A stretch of 50,912 bases of DNA, taken from NCBI GenBank assembly GCA_020723385.1, contig DYIZ01000025.1, positions 1-50,912 on the forward strand, written 5' to 3'. Positions 10,524 to 19,144 of the stretch are shown piece after piece (positions within the stretch are counted from its first letter, which is position 1; the number at the start of each line of letters is the position of its first letter). Made by a program: the position numbers and the translations under genes. The notes under the pieces were generated by a model. That model was not told where the DNA came from and did not search any database. It saw only the letters and a program-made list of their open reading frames with translations. This DNA is from Candidatus Aquidulcis sp. Lineage in GTDB: Bacteria > Chloroflexota > Anaerolineae > Anaerolineales > UBA4823.

Positions 10524-11453
10524 TTATCTCCTTGGGGTGAGAATGTCTTTTAGGGCTTCCCCAGCTTGTGGGAAGCAGAACACATAACCGGCTTCCAGCA
10601 AACGCTTGGGATAAGCCATCTGTCCATCGAGCAGGATGGTGGCAGCTTCACCGAAAGCCAGGCGGAAAACCACTGCCGGGACAGGTATCCAGTATGGACG
10701 GCGCATAACGCGGGCAGCGGCTCGTCCGAAAGCTGCATTGGTGAGAGGATCTGGCGCGCAGAGGTTGTAGACGCCACTCTCCGCGGGATTCTCTATCAGG
10801 AAGCGCATTGCGCCAACCACATCGGCCAGGTGAATCCAGGGGTATCCCTGTTTTCCGCTGCCGATTGGGCCTCCGGCGAACAGCCGGAAGGGGAGCAACT
10901 GGCGGGGCAGCGCGCCCCCGCCGGCGCTGAGCACAATCCCGATGCGAGTTACCACTCGCCGGACGCCCACCGTCTCGACCATTTGAGTCGAGGCTTCCCA
11001 TACCTGGCAAACTTGCGCCAGAAAATCGGTTCCCGGCGGTGCGCTTTCGTCAACCTGGCTATCAACACGCGGCCCGTAGTAACCCACCGCCGAAACTTGC
11101 AAGATAACTTTTGGTTTGGGTTGTGCAGTGCGCACAGCTTCAACCACGGCTGCGCCGGCGCTCTGGCGGCTGTGTAATATGCGCTGTTTACGTTCCGGCG
11201 TCCACCGGATCGAGAGCAAACTGTCGCCAGCGATACTCTCGCCGGCCAGATTGATGATCGCTCCTGCGCCATCGGCTAATGACCCCCACCCGTTAGCTGA
11301 AACGCCATCCCATGCGGTCACCTGCACCCTGGGGGGCGCTGCGACCCGGCGCGGATCGCGGCTCAAGAGGATAACCTCGTGCTCGTCCGCCGCCAGCGAC
11401 TCTGCCAGCGCGCGCCCGATCAAGCCTGTACCGCCGGTTATGATGATCCGCAT
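10524..11453 (-). CDS. NAD-dependent epimerase/dehydratase of the YfcH (TIGR01777 / DUF1731) type
   Basis: 309 aa. N-terminal [20 protein letters not shown] glycine-rich Rossmann motif. The C-terminal domain is DUF1731-like. Confidence 0.8.
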   Translation of the reverse strand: MRIIITGGTGLIGRALAESLAADEHEVILLSRDPRRVAAPPRVQVTAWDGVSANGWGSLADGAGAIINLAGESIAGDSLLSIRWTPERKQRILHSRQSAGAAVVEAVRTAQPKPKVILQVSAVGYYGPRVDSQVDESAPPGTDFLAQVCQVWEASTQMVETVGVRRVVTRIGIVLSAGGGALPRQLLPFRLFAGGPIGSGKQGYPWIHLADVVGAMRFLIENPAESGVYNLCAPDPLTNAAFGRAAARVMRRPYWIPVPAVVFRLAFGEAATILLDGQMAYPKRLLEAGYVFCFPQAGEALKDILTPRR

Positions 11454-11620
11454 GTGGGCCTCCAGCTTTGCACCCCATCATCATAAGTCAATATCGGTCA
11501 TCTGTCTACCCATTTGGGTGACAAACGGGCCACAAAAACGAGAGCTGCACGAGAGAGATTTGCTATAACAGTGCAGCCGTCCGGCCGTCGTGGATTCTTC
11601 TGCGATTCAATTTGATCGGG

Positions 11621-11660
11621 TATAATGCCTCCGCCGACCTTACAGCATTGTAAGGTCGGC
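11621..11660 (+). promoter_or_regulatory. Putative amylase promoter -10 (TATAAT) immediately followed by a 13-bp inverted repeat (candidate operator)
   Basis: gggTATAATgcctccgccgaccttacagcattgtaaggtcggcg. The arms cgccgaccttaca / tgtaaggtcggcg are separated by GCAT. The site lies about 50 nt upstream of the amylase start, in a divergent intergenic region. Confidence 0.4.
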
Positions 11661-11694
11661 GCGGCGCCGAAGAACACAAATTCAGAAAGCCAAA

Positions 11695-14001
11695 ATGAGG
11701 AGAATGAATATGTACGACCAGAATGCCCAGTCCAAAAAACGCAAGAACCTTCTTCTGAAATTATTTGCGCTACTCATCTGCATCAGCTTGCTGAGTCCAC
11801 AAACCATCCTGGCTGCTCCTGTCACGGATGATGGCCCCACTGGGGCAGAAGAATCCCAAGGGGTAACGGGCGATTCACAAATCAATGTCGTTTACCCGGC
11901 GCGTACGGTCATCGTTCATTTGTGGGAGTGGAAATGGACGGATGTTGCGAAAGAATGCGAGATGGTGCTCGGCCCCAAGGGGTATGCAGCCGTGCAAGTC
12001 TCTCCGCCCAATGATCACGCTTGGGCTCAAACGGGAGGCGTTTATCCCTGGTGGCTGCGCTATCAGCCCGTGAGTTATCAAATCAACAGCCGCAGCGGCA
12101 CATTGGCAGAATTCCAGGATATGGTCAATCGCTGCTACGCGGTTGGGGTTCAGATTTATGTGGATGCCGTTGTCAATCACATGACAGGTGTTTCGGGTAG
12201 CCCAGTTGGCGTGGTTGGCTACAATGGCGCGAGTTATGATCCATTTTATAGTGCGAATGATCCCAATAATAACACGGACCCTGCCAATTACCTGAGCTGG
12301 GCCAATGGTCTTCACTTCCCCAACCTTGGACCTGGCAACCAGATGTGTGGCGGCGTGGCGTGCGGTTTTGGCCCCAGTGATTTCCATTATTGCGGTACCA
12401 ATCCAGGCGGAGGCGGCACCACGCCTAATAACATCCCCGACAGCGCCTATAACAACGACGCGTGGCAGGTTCGAAATTGCGAGTTGGTCAACCTGTCTGA
12501 CTTGAAAACTGATAATAATTATGTCCGGGAACGCCTGGCTGCGTATCTCGATTACCTGGTGAGCATTGGCGTGGGAGGTTTTCGCATTGATGCCGCAAAG
12601 CACATGGAGCCTGCCGATATCCAGGCGATCATTGCGATGGTTGATAATCGTCCAGCGGCATTTGGCGGCGGCGCGCCGTATTTCTATCAGGAAGTGATAG
12701 ATCGTAACGGCACTGAACAAATCACAAAATGGCAATATAACGCGATCGCGGATGTGAAAGAGTTCAAGGCGGAAGGAGATATGAGCTACATTTTCCGTAA
12801 TAGCACGATCAAATCCTTCCTTACTCCCACCGCGTTTGGCGAGGCCTGGTCACTCCTGCCGAGCGATCAGGCGGTGACATTTGTCGTCAACCACGACGAT
12901 ATTCACCACCCGGAGACTTATCTCACCTATAAAGACACGGCAAAATATAAGCTTGCCAACGTATTTATGCTGGCTTACCCCTATGGCTATCCCAAAGTGA
13001 TGTCGAGTTACGATTTCCCCACGGGCAGCTTCGACGAGACTCCTCCCTCGGATGCGGCCGGCCACACTAGCAATGTCTGGAACGCTGACAACACCTCGAA
13101 TTGCCCCGCCGACAGCGCAATCAACCCCAATAATTGGGTTTGCGAACACCGCTGGAAAGCCATCGCGGGCATGGTGGGTTTCAAGGATTTCACCCAGAGT
13201 TTTTGGGGTGTGACAAATACCTGGAATAATGGCAGCAACCAGATCGCTTTCGGACGCAATGACCGAGGGTTTGTGGTAATCAATAACGAAGGCGCTGCCC
13301 TAACGCGTGTTTTCCAGACCAACATGGCGGCTGGAATTTATTGCGATGTGATCCACGGCGAGTTGACATCGGATGGCAAGGGCTGCACAGGGACAAGAAT
13401 TATCGTTGACGCGAACAAGCGCGCATACCTCAGCGTACCCGCTAATGATGCTGTTGCTTTTCATGTCGGAGCCAAGATCACACACTTCAGCCCCTCGGCT
13501 CAGGCAGCCGTCAACGTCAACGCCGGTGATAATAACGGTTTTCAGACCAACCCAACCCGGGTTTATTATGACGATAGCACTTACGCAACCGATGCAAGCA
13601 GTGGCACAAATACAAGCACTTCCTGCACTTCCATTGCCAAGGATAAGCACAATTTCTACAACTTCAATATCCCCACGATTTCGCCTGCCGCGACCATTTC
13701 CTCCATCATTGTGCGATTGGATGCCAAGGTAAGCAGCGTTGCCCCCGCTACCCGAAGAATGTGTGTACAGCTTTCCTGGGATGGCGGCACAAACTGGACA
13801 GCTTGCCAGCAAACAGCAAACATGACGACTGGTGAGTTAACTTACACGTTATCTGGCCTCTGGGGTCGTGCCTGGACCGCAGGCGAGTTGACCAATGCCA
13901 ACTTCCGTGTGCGGGTGATTGATGTTGCCTCGGTCACCTCAGTGACTTTCTCACTCGACTACGTTGGCGTGCAGGTTACCCTCGCCAACCCTGCCCCATA
14001 A
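11695..14001 (+). CDS. Secreted GH13 alpha-amylase with a roughly 300-aa C-terminal extension of unknown type
   Basis: GH13 catalytic regions are recognisable (VIVHLWEWKWTDVAKEC, GFRIDAAKHM, FVVNHD). Signal peptide KKRKNLLLKLFALLICISLL...AAP. The more likely start is the ATG at 11704 or 11710, preceded by GAGGAGA. Confidence 0.9.
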   Translation: MRRMNMYDQNAQSKKRKNLLLKLFALLICISLLSPQTILAAPVTDDGPTGAEESQGVTGDSQINVVYPARTVIVHLWEWKWTDVAKECEMVLGPKGYAAVQVSPPNDHAWAQTGGVYPWWLRYQPVSYQINSRSGTLAEFQDMVNRCYAVGVQIYVDAVVNHMTGVSGSPVGVVGYNGASYDPFYSANDPNNNTDPANYLSWANGLHFPNLGPGNQMCGGVACGFGPSDFHYCGTNPGGGGTTPNNIPDSAYNNDAWQVRNCELVNLSDLKTDNNYVRERLAAYLDYLVSIGVGGFRIDAAKHMEPADIQAIIAMVDNRPAAFGGGAPYFYQEVIDRNGTEQITKWQYNAIADVKEFKAEGDMSYIFRNSTIKSFLTPTAFGEAWSLLPSDQAVTFVVNHDDIHHPETYLTYKDTAKYKLANVFMLAYPYGYPKVMSSYDFPTGSFDETPPSDAAGHTSNVWNADNTSNCPADSAINPNNWVCEHRWKAIAGMVGFKDFTQSFWGVTNTWNNGSNQIAFGRNDRGFVVINNEGAALTRVFQTNMAAGIYCDVIHGELTSDGKGCTGTRIIVDANKRAYLSVPANDAVAFHVGAKITHFSPSAQAAVNVNAGDNNGFQTNPTRVYYDDSTYATDASSGTNTSTSCTSIAKDKHNFYNFNIPTISPAATISSIIVRLDAKVSSVAPATRRMCVQLSWDGGTNWTACQQTANMTTGELTYTLSGLWGRAWTAGELTNANFRVRVIDVASVTSVTFSLDYVGVQVTLANPAP

Positions 14002-14030
14002 CCACTTTCACTTTGCTTTGATAACGCAAA

Positions 14031-14067
14031 TCCCCCTCCCTATCATGGGGAGGGGGATTTTTATTTT
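14031..14067 (+). terminator. Rho-independent terminator after the amylase gene
   Basis: Stem atccccctccc / gggagggggat with loop tatcat, followed by TTTTATTTT. Confidence 0.75.
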
Positions 14068-14104
14068 GGTGATCCGATAAGGGTGAAAGTGATTGATGGA
14101 TCGT

Positions 14105-16114
14105 TTACTTTGCGGACGTATCTGGCGCGGCTGGCTTGGATTTTTGCATACTATCATAGATCTGCTTGCGCAGCGTCTCAGCCTCGGGTGAGCGAGGGGC
14201 ATTTGCCTGATCGGTCAGGCTGACTCCGAGCTTCTCGGATAGCAGCAGCGCCAGGAGGCTCTCGATGATGCTGTTGCCGCCGGATATGCCGCCATCCTTT
14301 GACCCGCCGCCTACGACCACACGCGGCACCACATCCACCCGCGATTGCTGGATCGCTTCGGCAAAGCGATTGAGCACTTGCTGTGTGACCTGGAACTGCG
14401 GCCCGCCGTAGGCGCGTACCTGCTCTTCGGTTGCCAGCGCCTGGGCAATACCTACGCGGGCTGTCTTTTCGGCTTCGGCCTGGGCGAGGGCGCGGATCTG
14501 CGCCGCTTGCTGTAACGCCCGTTGGTATTCGGCCTTGCCCTGGTTGGTCTGCACGGTAATACTCAACTCAGACTCGGTAATGTTCCGTTGCTGTTCGGCG
14601 CGTGCTTCGGCTTCGCGCAGCTCGCGCTCTTTGGTAGCCGCCGTCTCCTGGCGGGCGTAGGTCTCGATCTGCTCGACAGCGATTTGCCGCTGGCGAAGCT
14701 GGGTCAGGATTGTCTCGATTGCCATATCATCGCTGGCCGAAGTCGGTGTGCCGATGAGCACTTCCTCCAATTGCAGGTTATAGTGCTCGAACTTCTCTTT
14801 CATCTCTTGCCCGGCAATTTGCTGGATCTGGCTTCGCTCCTGGAGCAGTTGGATCAGCGTGCGGGTCTGGCCGATGTTCTTGAAGTACGCTGAAACCATC
14901 GGGTCGAGGGTTTGCTCGACCAGGCGCTTCACGTCCCCGAAGCGCTGGATAACCAGCGGGGCTTTCTGGTAGTCAATGTGGATGACCACCGAAAGGGGCA
15001 GCGACGGTTCGAATGCATCCTTTGTGATGAGTGAGACTTCGGTCAGGTTCTCATCGTAACGGTGTGAGCCAACCTCAGTGCGGATCCATTTCAGGATGAT
15101 GTTGGTTGTCGGAACAGAGATAACTTTTCCGGCGTAGGTGTTGAAGGCATATTTGCCGGGCAGCAGCGGCACACTCCAGACGCCGCGTTTGCCGCGTTCC
15201 ACCAGCTCGCCATGACGATATTCCAGCCCTGACAGGTCTGCACCCGTTCCACCGGTGTACGAGACCACGACGCCCACCATACCGACGTCTATCGTCGTCT
15301 TAGAGATCATTTCGACGGTTGCAAACAGCCGGTTGATGTAATAGGTGCCTTCCACGAGAACTTGCAACTGGCGGCCGCGGTTGCCTCCAGCCCTGAGGAA
15401 GCGGTCTGGATCCTGAAAGTTGTTGTGAAAGGTTTCCGGGTACGACGGGTCATCGCCCATGATAGGAGCGATGATTTCCCCTTGGGCCAGGGATGGGCCA
15501 TCGTGAACGGTGACGATTCCTACCAGGTCATCGGTATCCTTGATGATAACTGGACGGAAGCCTCTGCGTTCATTGATGACATCCGCCATCTTGCGGACTA
15601 CCTCAGCATCCTCCCGGCTCAGCGGCAGGCTGAATACCCTTTCTTCAGTGATGACGACAAACTGCATCAGGTTGATGGCATACGTGCCTTCACGCAGAAT
15701 ACGGCGTTGCGGTCCTCGCTGCCCGCCAAACCGCAGGAAGCCTTCCACATCCTGGAAGTTGTTCGCATTAACGTTGGATGCTAACGTTTGGTCAGGGGCC
15801 AATGGCGCACCATCACGAGCGAAAACATAGCCCACCTTGCCCTGTGGGATCGTCACCAGAGGTGCAATATGGACAACGTACTGGATTGGCATCAAGTAAT
15901 GCAAACCGCCGCGCAGCACCTGGGGCTGGTAGCCGGCTTCGCCATTCAGGGCAATGAACCCTGATTTTACCGAACCTTTACCGAAACTGAAGCGTTTCTC
16001 GACGACCCCCAGCCGGTTGTTGGGAATATATCGTATTCCTGAGAGGAAAAAGAGCAGGAGTACGATTGCCCCACCAAGACCAATGACGAGTAAAAATTCT
16101 AACAGGTAATCCAT
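14105..16114 (-). CDS. Flotillin-like SPFH/band-7 membrane protein with a duplicated SPFH region and a C-terminal coiled coil
   Basis: 669 aa. N-terminal transmembrane helix (LLEFLLVIGLGGAIVLLLFFL). Two similar SPFH-like segments (…GFLRFGGQRGPQRRILREGTYAINL… and …RFLRAGGNRGRQLQVLVEGTYYINR…). The Ala/Glu/Gln-rich C-terminal region is flotillin-like. Confidence 0.8.
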   Translation of the reverse strand: MDYLLEFLLVIGLGGAIVLLLFFLSGIRYIPNNRLGVVEKRFSFGKGSVKSGFIALNGEAGYQPQVLRGGLHYLMPIQYVVHIAPLVTIPQGKVGYVFARDGAPLAPDQTLASNVNANNFQDVEGFLRFGGQRGPQRRILREGTYAINLMQFVVITEERVFSLPLSREDAEVVRKMADVINERRGFRPVIIKDTDDLVGIVTVHDGPSLAQGEIIAPIMGDDPSYPETFHNNFQDPDRFLRAGGNRGRQLQVLVEGTYYINRLFATVEMISKTTIDVGMVGVVVSYTGGTGADLSGLEYRHGELVERGKRGVWSVPLLPGKYAFNTYAGKVISVPTTNIILKWIRTEVGSHRYDENLTEVSLITKDAFEPSLPLSVVIHIDYQKAPLVIQRFGDVKRLVEQTLDPMVSAYFKNIGQTRTLIQLLQERSQIQQIAGQEMKEKFEHYNLQLEEVLIGTPTSASDDMAIETILTQLRQRQIAVEQIETYARQETAATKERELREAEARAEQQRNITESELSITVQTNQGKAEYQRALQQAAQIRALAQAEAEKTARVGIAQALATEEQVRAYGGPQFQVTQQVLNRFAEAIQQSRVDVVPRVVVGGGSKDGGISGGNSIIESLLALLLSEKLGVSLTDQANAPRSPEAETLRKQIYDSMQKSKPAAPDTSAK

Positions 16115-16350
16115 GTTGATCTCCTTTCTGTAAGGTATAGTGGCCCTTTTTGTCGTTTACACCTTGTTCGGTGTATACATTGTCATTATATCTACGACAC
16201 CTTGAGCGTAAATACGGATAATACGGGGCAAAAGATTATATTATCTGGGGACAAAACCGAGAATCCCTGCCTTTGGAGTGCCACCTGGCCCGCAAGCGGG
16301 ATTATAATAAACGCAAGTTTACCATTTCCGAATAATTCCATGGGAGTCTT

Positions 16351-16917
16351 ATGGACGACACAAAAGTTGCTTTTACCCCCTTCGCATCACTCAATAATTT
16401 CATGCGCCCAGATTTTCGCCTGAGCGTGATCCGCTCGACCCTCCAGGCGCTTCCGAAGCTGCCAGAATCTTTCCGCGCCCCGGTGGATGAGATGACCCGC
16501 AAAGTCGTCAGCGTTCCCGGATTCCGACACGGCGATCGAGCGCCAGCCATGCTCAAAGTTGTTCCAATGGCCAAGGCTTTCGAAAAATCGTCGGAATTGG
16601 TAGCGGCGATGATTTCCGCCTGGGCTGAAGCTCACGCCGAGTTGCGCCAGCAGGTTTACGATTTGTTGAAAGCCCAGGGCTGGGAAATCCTGCCCATCGA
16701 AGCCGATCGTACCAAGCTGCCGGGTTTTCTCCCGAAATGGCCTAAGGGTATAGATTACGAGACTTTGTATAAAGCCTATACGGATATGTTCCCCGAGGCA
16801 GATATCAGCATTGACAACGTAAGCTTGATGGTGGTTTGGTTGAGCACGCGCCTGCCCTACCAATTAGTGGAGCCGAAGGGGGACGAAGCGCCCGAAGCGG
16901 AAACACAACCCGAATAA
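16351..16917 (+). CDS. Hypothetical protein (no recognised domain)
   Basis: 188-aa ORF with a GGGAG ribosome-binding site. First gene of a five-gene same-strand cluster. Confidence 0.5.
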   Translation: MDDTKVAFTPFASLNNFMRPDFRLSVIRSTLQALPKLPESFRAPVDEMTRKVVSVPGFRHGDRAPAMLKVVPMAKAFEKSSELVAAMISAWAEAHAELRQQVYDLLKAQGWEILPIEADRTKLPGFLPKWPKGIDYETLYKAYTDMFPEADISIDNVSLMVVWLSTRLPYQLVEPKGDEAPEAETQPE

Positions 16918-16932
16918 TCCATTTAGGGTTCG

Positions 16933-16990
16933 TAGTAACGACTTTAGTCGTTTGACAACCTTGAACGATTAAAGTCGTCACTACAAGCAT
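16933..16990. promoter_or_regulatory. Two inverted copies of a 20-bp motif, each containing a 14-bp palindrome (ACGACTTTAGTCGT and ACGATTAAAGTCGT); candidate operator pair or terminator
   Basis: gtagtaacgactttagtcgtt - tgacaaccttga - acgattaaagtcgtcactac. The outer 20-mers are mutual reverse complements (2 mismatches). The pair sits 25 nt upstream of the methyltransferase ATG. Confidence 0.4.
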
Positions 16991-17014
16991 AATGGCAATT
17001 TTCAGGAGCTGCTT

Positions 17015-17797
17015 ATGGAACACTACGGTCCAGTTGAAGCTTATTATTACGATTATTACTCGACAGGCACCCCTGGGGATTTGGACTTTTACGTAGAGGA
17101 AGCCCGTAAAGCCGGCTCGCCGGTCCTCGAGTTGGGCTGCGGAACGGGGCGTATTTTGTTACCGGTGGCACAGGCGGGGATCGAAGTAACCGGAGTGGAT
17201 CTCTCCCCGGCGATGTTGGCGGTAGCCCGCAAAAAGCTTGCTGATCTCGACGATGCTGACCAAAAACGGGTCACCTTGGTGGAGGGGGATATGCGCGATT
17301 TCTCGTTGGAGCAGCAGTTCTCGCTGATCTTTATCCCCTACCGGGCTTTTATGCACGTCATGACGGTTCCCGACCAAAAACGGGCGCTCGCCTGTATTCA
17401 CAAACACCTTGCCGATCAAGGCCGCCTGATTTTCAATATCTTCGACCCCCGGTTGGATATCCTGGCCGCTCACGCGACGCCTTTGGGAGCCGCGTTGAAA
17501 TTCGTCCAGGAATTCATCCATCCCGACACAGGGCGGCGCATCACCGTTTGGGATACTCGCCAGTATGACCAGGGAACGCAGACGCTCCAACAATATTTCA
17601 TCTTCGAAGAACTGGACGATAACGACCGCGTGGTTGAAAAATCCTATGCGCCATTGACCCTGCGCTACAGCTTCCGTTTTGAAATTCATAATTTGCTCGA
17701 ATTGTGCGGTTTCCACATCGAAGCGCTTTACGGCTCATTCGACCGGCAGCCTTTCCGGCCGGGTGGGGAGCAGATATGGGTGGCGAGGAAAGCTTGA
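17015..17797 (+). CDS. Class I SAM-dependent methyltransferase
   Basis: 260 aa with motif I VLELGCGTGRILLPVA. CAGGAG ribosome-binding site. Confidence 0.85.
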   Translation: MEHYGPVEAYYYDYYSTGTPGDLDFYVEEARKAGSPVLELGCGTGRILLPVAQAGIEVTGVDLSPAMLAVARKKLADLDDADQKRVTLVEGDMRDFSLEQQFSLIFIPYRAFMHVMTVPDQKRALACIHKHLADQGRLIFNIFDPRLDILAAHATPLGAALKFVQEFIHPDTGRRITVWDTRQYDQGTQTLQQYFIFEELDDNDRVVEKSYAPLTLRYSFRFEIHNLLELCGFHIEALYGSFDRQPFRPGGEQIWVARKA

Positions 17798-17821
17798 TAT
17801 ATCGTGACAAAGGAGATTAGC

Positions 17822-18697
17822 ATGATTGCACGTTCCGGTTTCATCTTTTTCGCGGCCGCGTGCGCTGCGATTTTGGCGGGTTGTTCGTTTGACAGCCAGC
17901 CGTTGGCAACCCAAAATCTTGGCCCAACTTACACCGCCGCGGTGCACACCGTGATCGCCGCGTTGACCCAGTCAGCCCCGCCGCCAGTTGTTACACCTAC
18001 GCCAATCCCGCCTACCCCGCTTCCACCGCCTGCGGATACTGTCTCACCCACGGCCCAGCCCGATCCCACGGCAACACAGACCCCCGCGGCCACGACTCCC
18101 CCAACTCTCGCGCCCTCTCCGACGAATACACTCTTTCCTACAGCCGCGCTGACACTACTGGTCAAGGACGATTTCGAAGGCGACCAGGGGTGGTACACCA
18201 GTCTCGGCGATGATTTTGGCTTCGAATATACCAACGGTCGTTATCGTATCTATAATAATTTGCTGGGCGCTATCATTTGGACCATTCGTGACGACAACTA
18301 TGACGATATTCGCCTCGAAGTGGACGTGGCGCGCGCCGCCGGCCCATTAGATGGCTTTTTCGGCGTGACCTGCCGTTATCTCGACGCGAAGAATTACTAC
18401 GCGTTGGTGATCGGTGAAGATGGCTACTTCGGGATCCTGAAAATGGAAAAAGGAGAACAAAGTACGCTGCAAAAAGGGACTGCCGCGGCGGGCATCATCC
18501 TGTCGAATAAACAATTCAACCACCTGCGCGCCGATTGTATCGGTGAAACGCTTACTCTATATGCCAATGGTCAAAAACTGGCCGAAGTCCAAAACGATGA
18601 TTTCAGCGCGGGCGATGTTGGGCTTGTTGCTGGCAACAAAATCGTGGAGGCTGGGGTAGACGCATTATTTGACAATTTCATCATTTATAAGCCCTGA
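17822..18697 (+). CDS. Secreted lipoprotein with a Pro/Thr-rich linker and a C-terminal DUF1080-like (LamG/jelly-roll) domain
   Basis: The ATG at 17822 is preceded by AAGGAG. The supplied ORF start at 17804 is a GTG inside the ribosome-binding site. Lipobox ILAGC. Linker PPPVVTPTPIPPTPLPPP. The C-terminus ends in FDNFIIYKP, which is DUF1080-like. Confidence 0.65.
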   Translation: MIARSGFIFFAAACAAILAGCSFDSQPLATQNLGPTYTAAVHTVIAALTQSAPPPVVTPTPIPPTPLPPPADTVSPTAQPDPTATQTPAATTPPTLAPSPTNTLFPTAALTLLVKDDFEGDQGWYTSLGDDFGFEYTNGRYRIYNNLLGAIIWTIRDDNYDDIRLEVDVARAAGPLDGFFGVTCRYLDAKNYYALVIGEDGYFGILKMEKGEQSTLQKGTAAAGIILSNKQFNHLRADCIGETLTLYANGQKLAEVQNDDFSAGDVGLVAGNKIVEAGVDALFDNFIIYKP

Positions 18698-18785
18698 CAG
18701 ATTTTATGTCCCGAATGCCCCACCAAAACCGTTTGGGTGGTGTAAAATCTTGTTAATTCAAACTCGCACGAAAGGAGTAATCACG

Positions 18786-19112
18786 ATGACAGATATTTCA
18801 ATCAAGGAAATGATGACTCGGATGCCTGCCAACTTCTTGCCCGAGAAGGCCGCCGGTGTGAATGCAGTGATTCAATATCACCTGACCGGTGCAGAGGCGA
18901 GTGACTGGGTAATCACGATCAAAGACGGTAAGTGCACCGTCGTACCGGGAACTACCTCAGCTCCCAGTATGACCTTTACCGCTGATTCCCAGATTTACAA
19001 AGATATTGCTTCCGGCAAGCTCAATGGAATGACTGCTTTTATGCAGGGCAAGGTCAAGCTGGCTGGCGACCTGAATATGGCCATGAAATTGGTCGGATTT
19101 TTCAAATCATAG
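18786..19112 (+). CDS. SCP2 (sterol-carrier-protein-2-like) domain protein
   Basis: 108 aa starting MTDISIKEMM after an AAAGGAG ribosome-binding site. Resembles SCP2 domain proteins (DWVITIKDGKC…MTAFMQGKVKLAGDLNMAMKL). The upstream extension in the supplied ORF track is not supported. Confidence 0.75.
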   Translation: MTDISIKEMMTRMPANFLPEKAAGVNAVIQYHLTGAEASDWVITIKDGKCTVVPGTTSAPSMTFTADSQIYKDIASGKLNGMTAFMQGKVKLAGDLNMAMKLVGFFKS

Positions 19113-19144
19113 CGAAATCTTACATTCATGCCTCAGGAGGAAAA

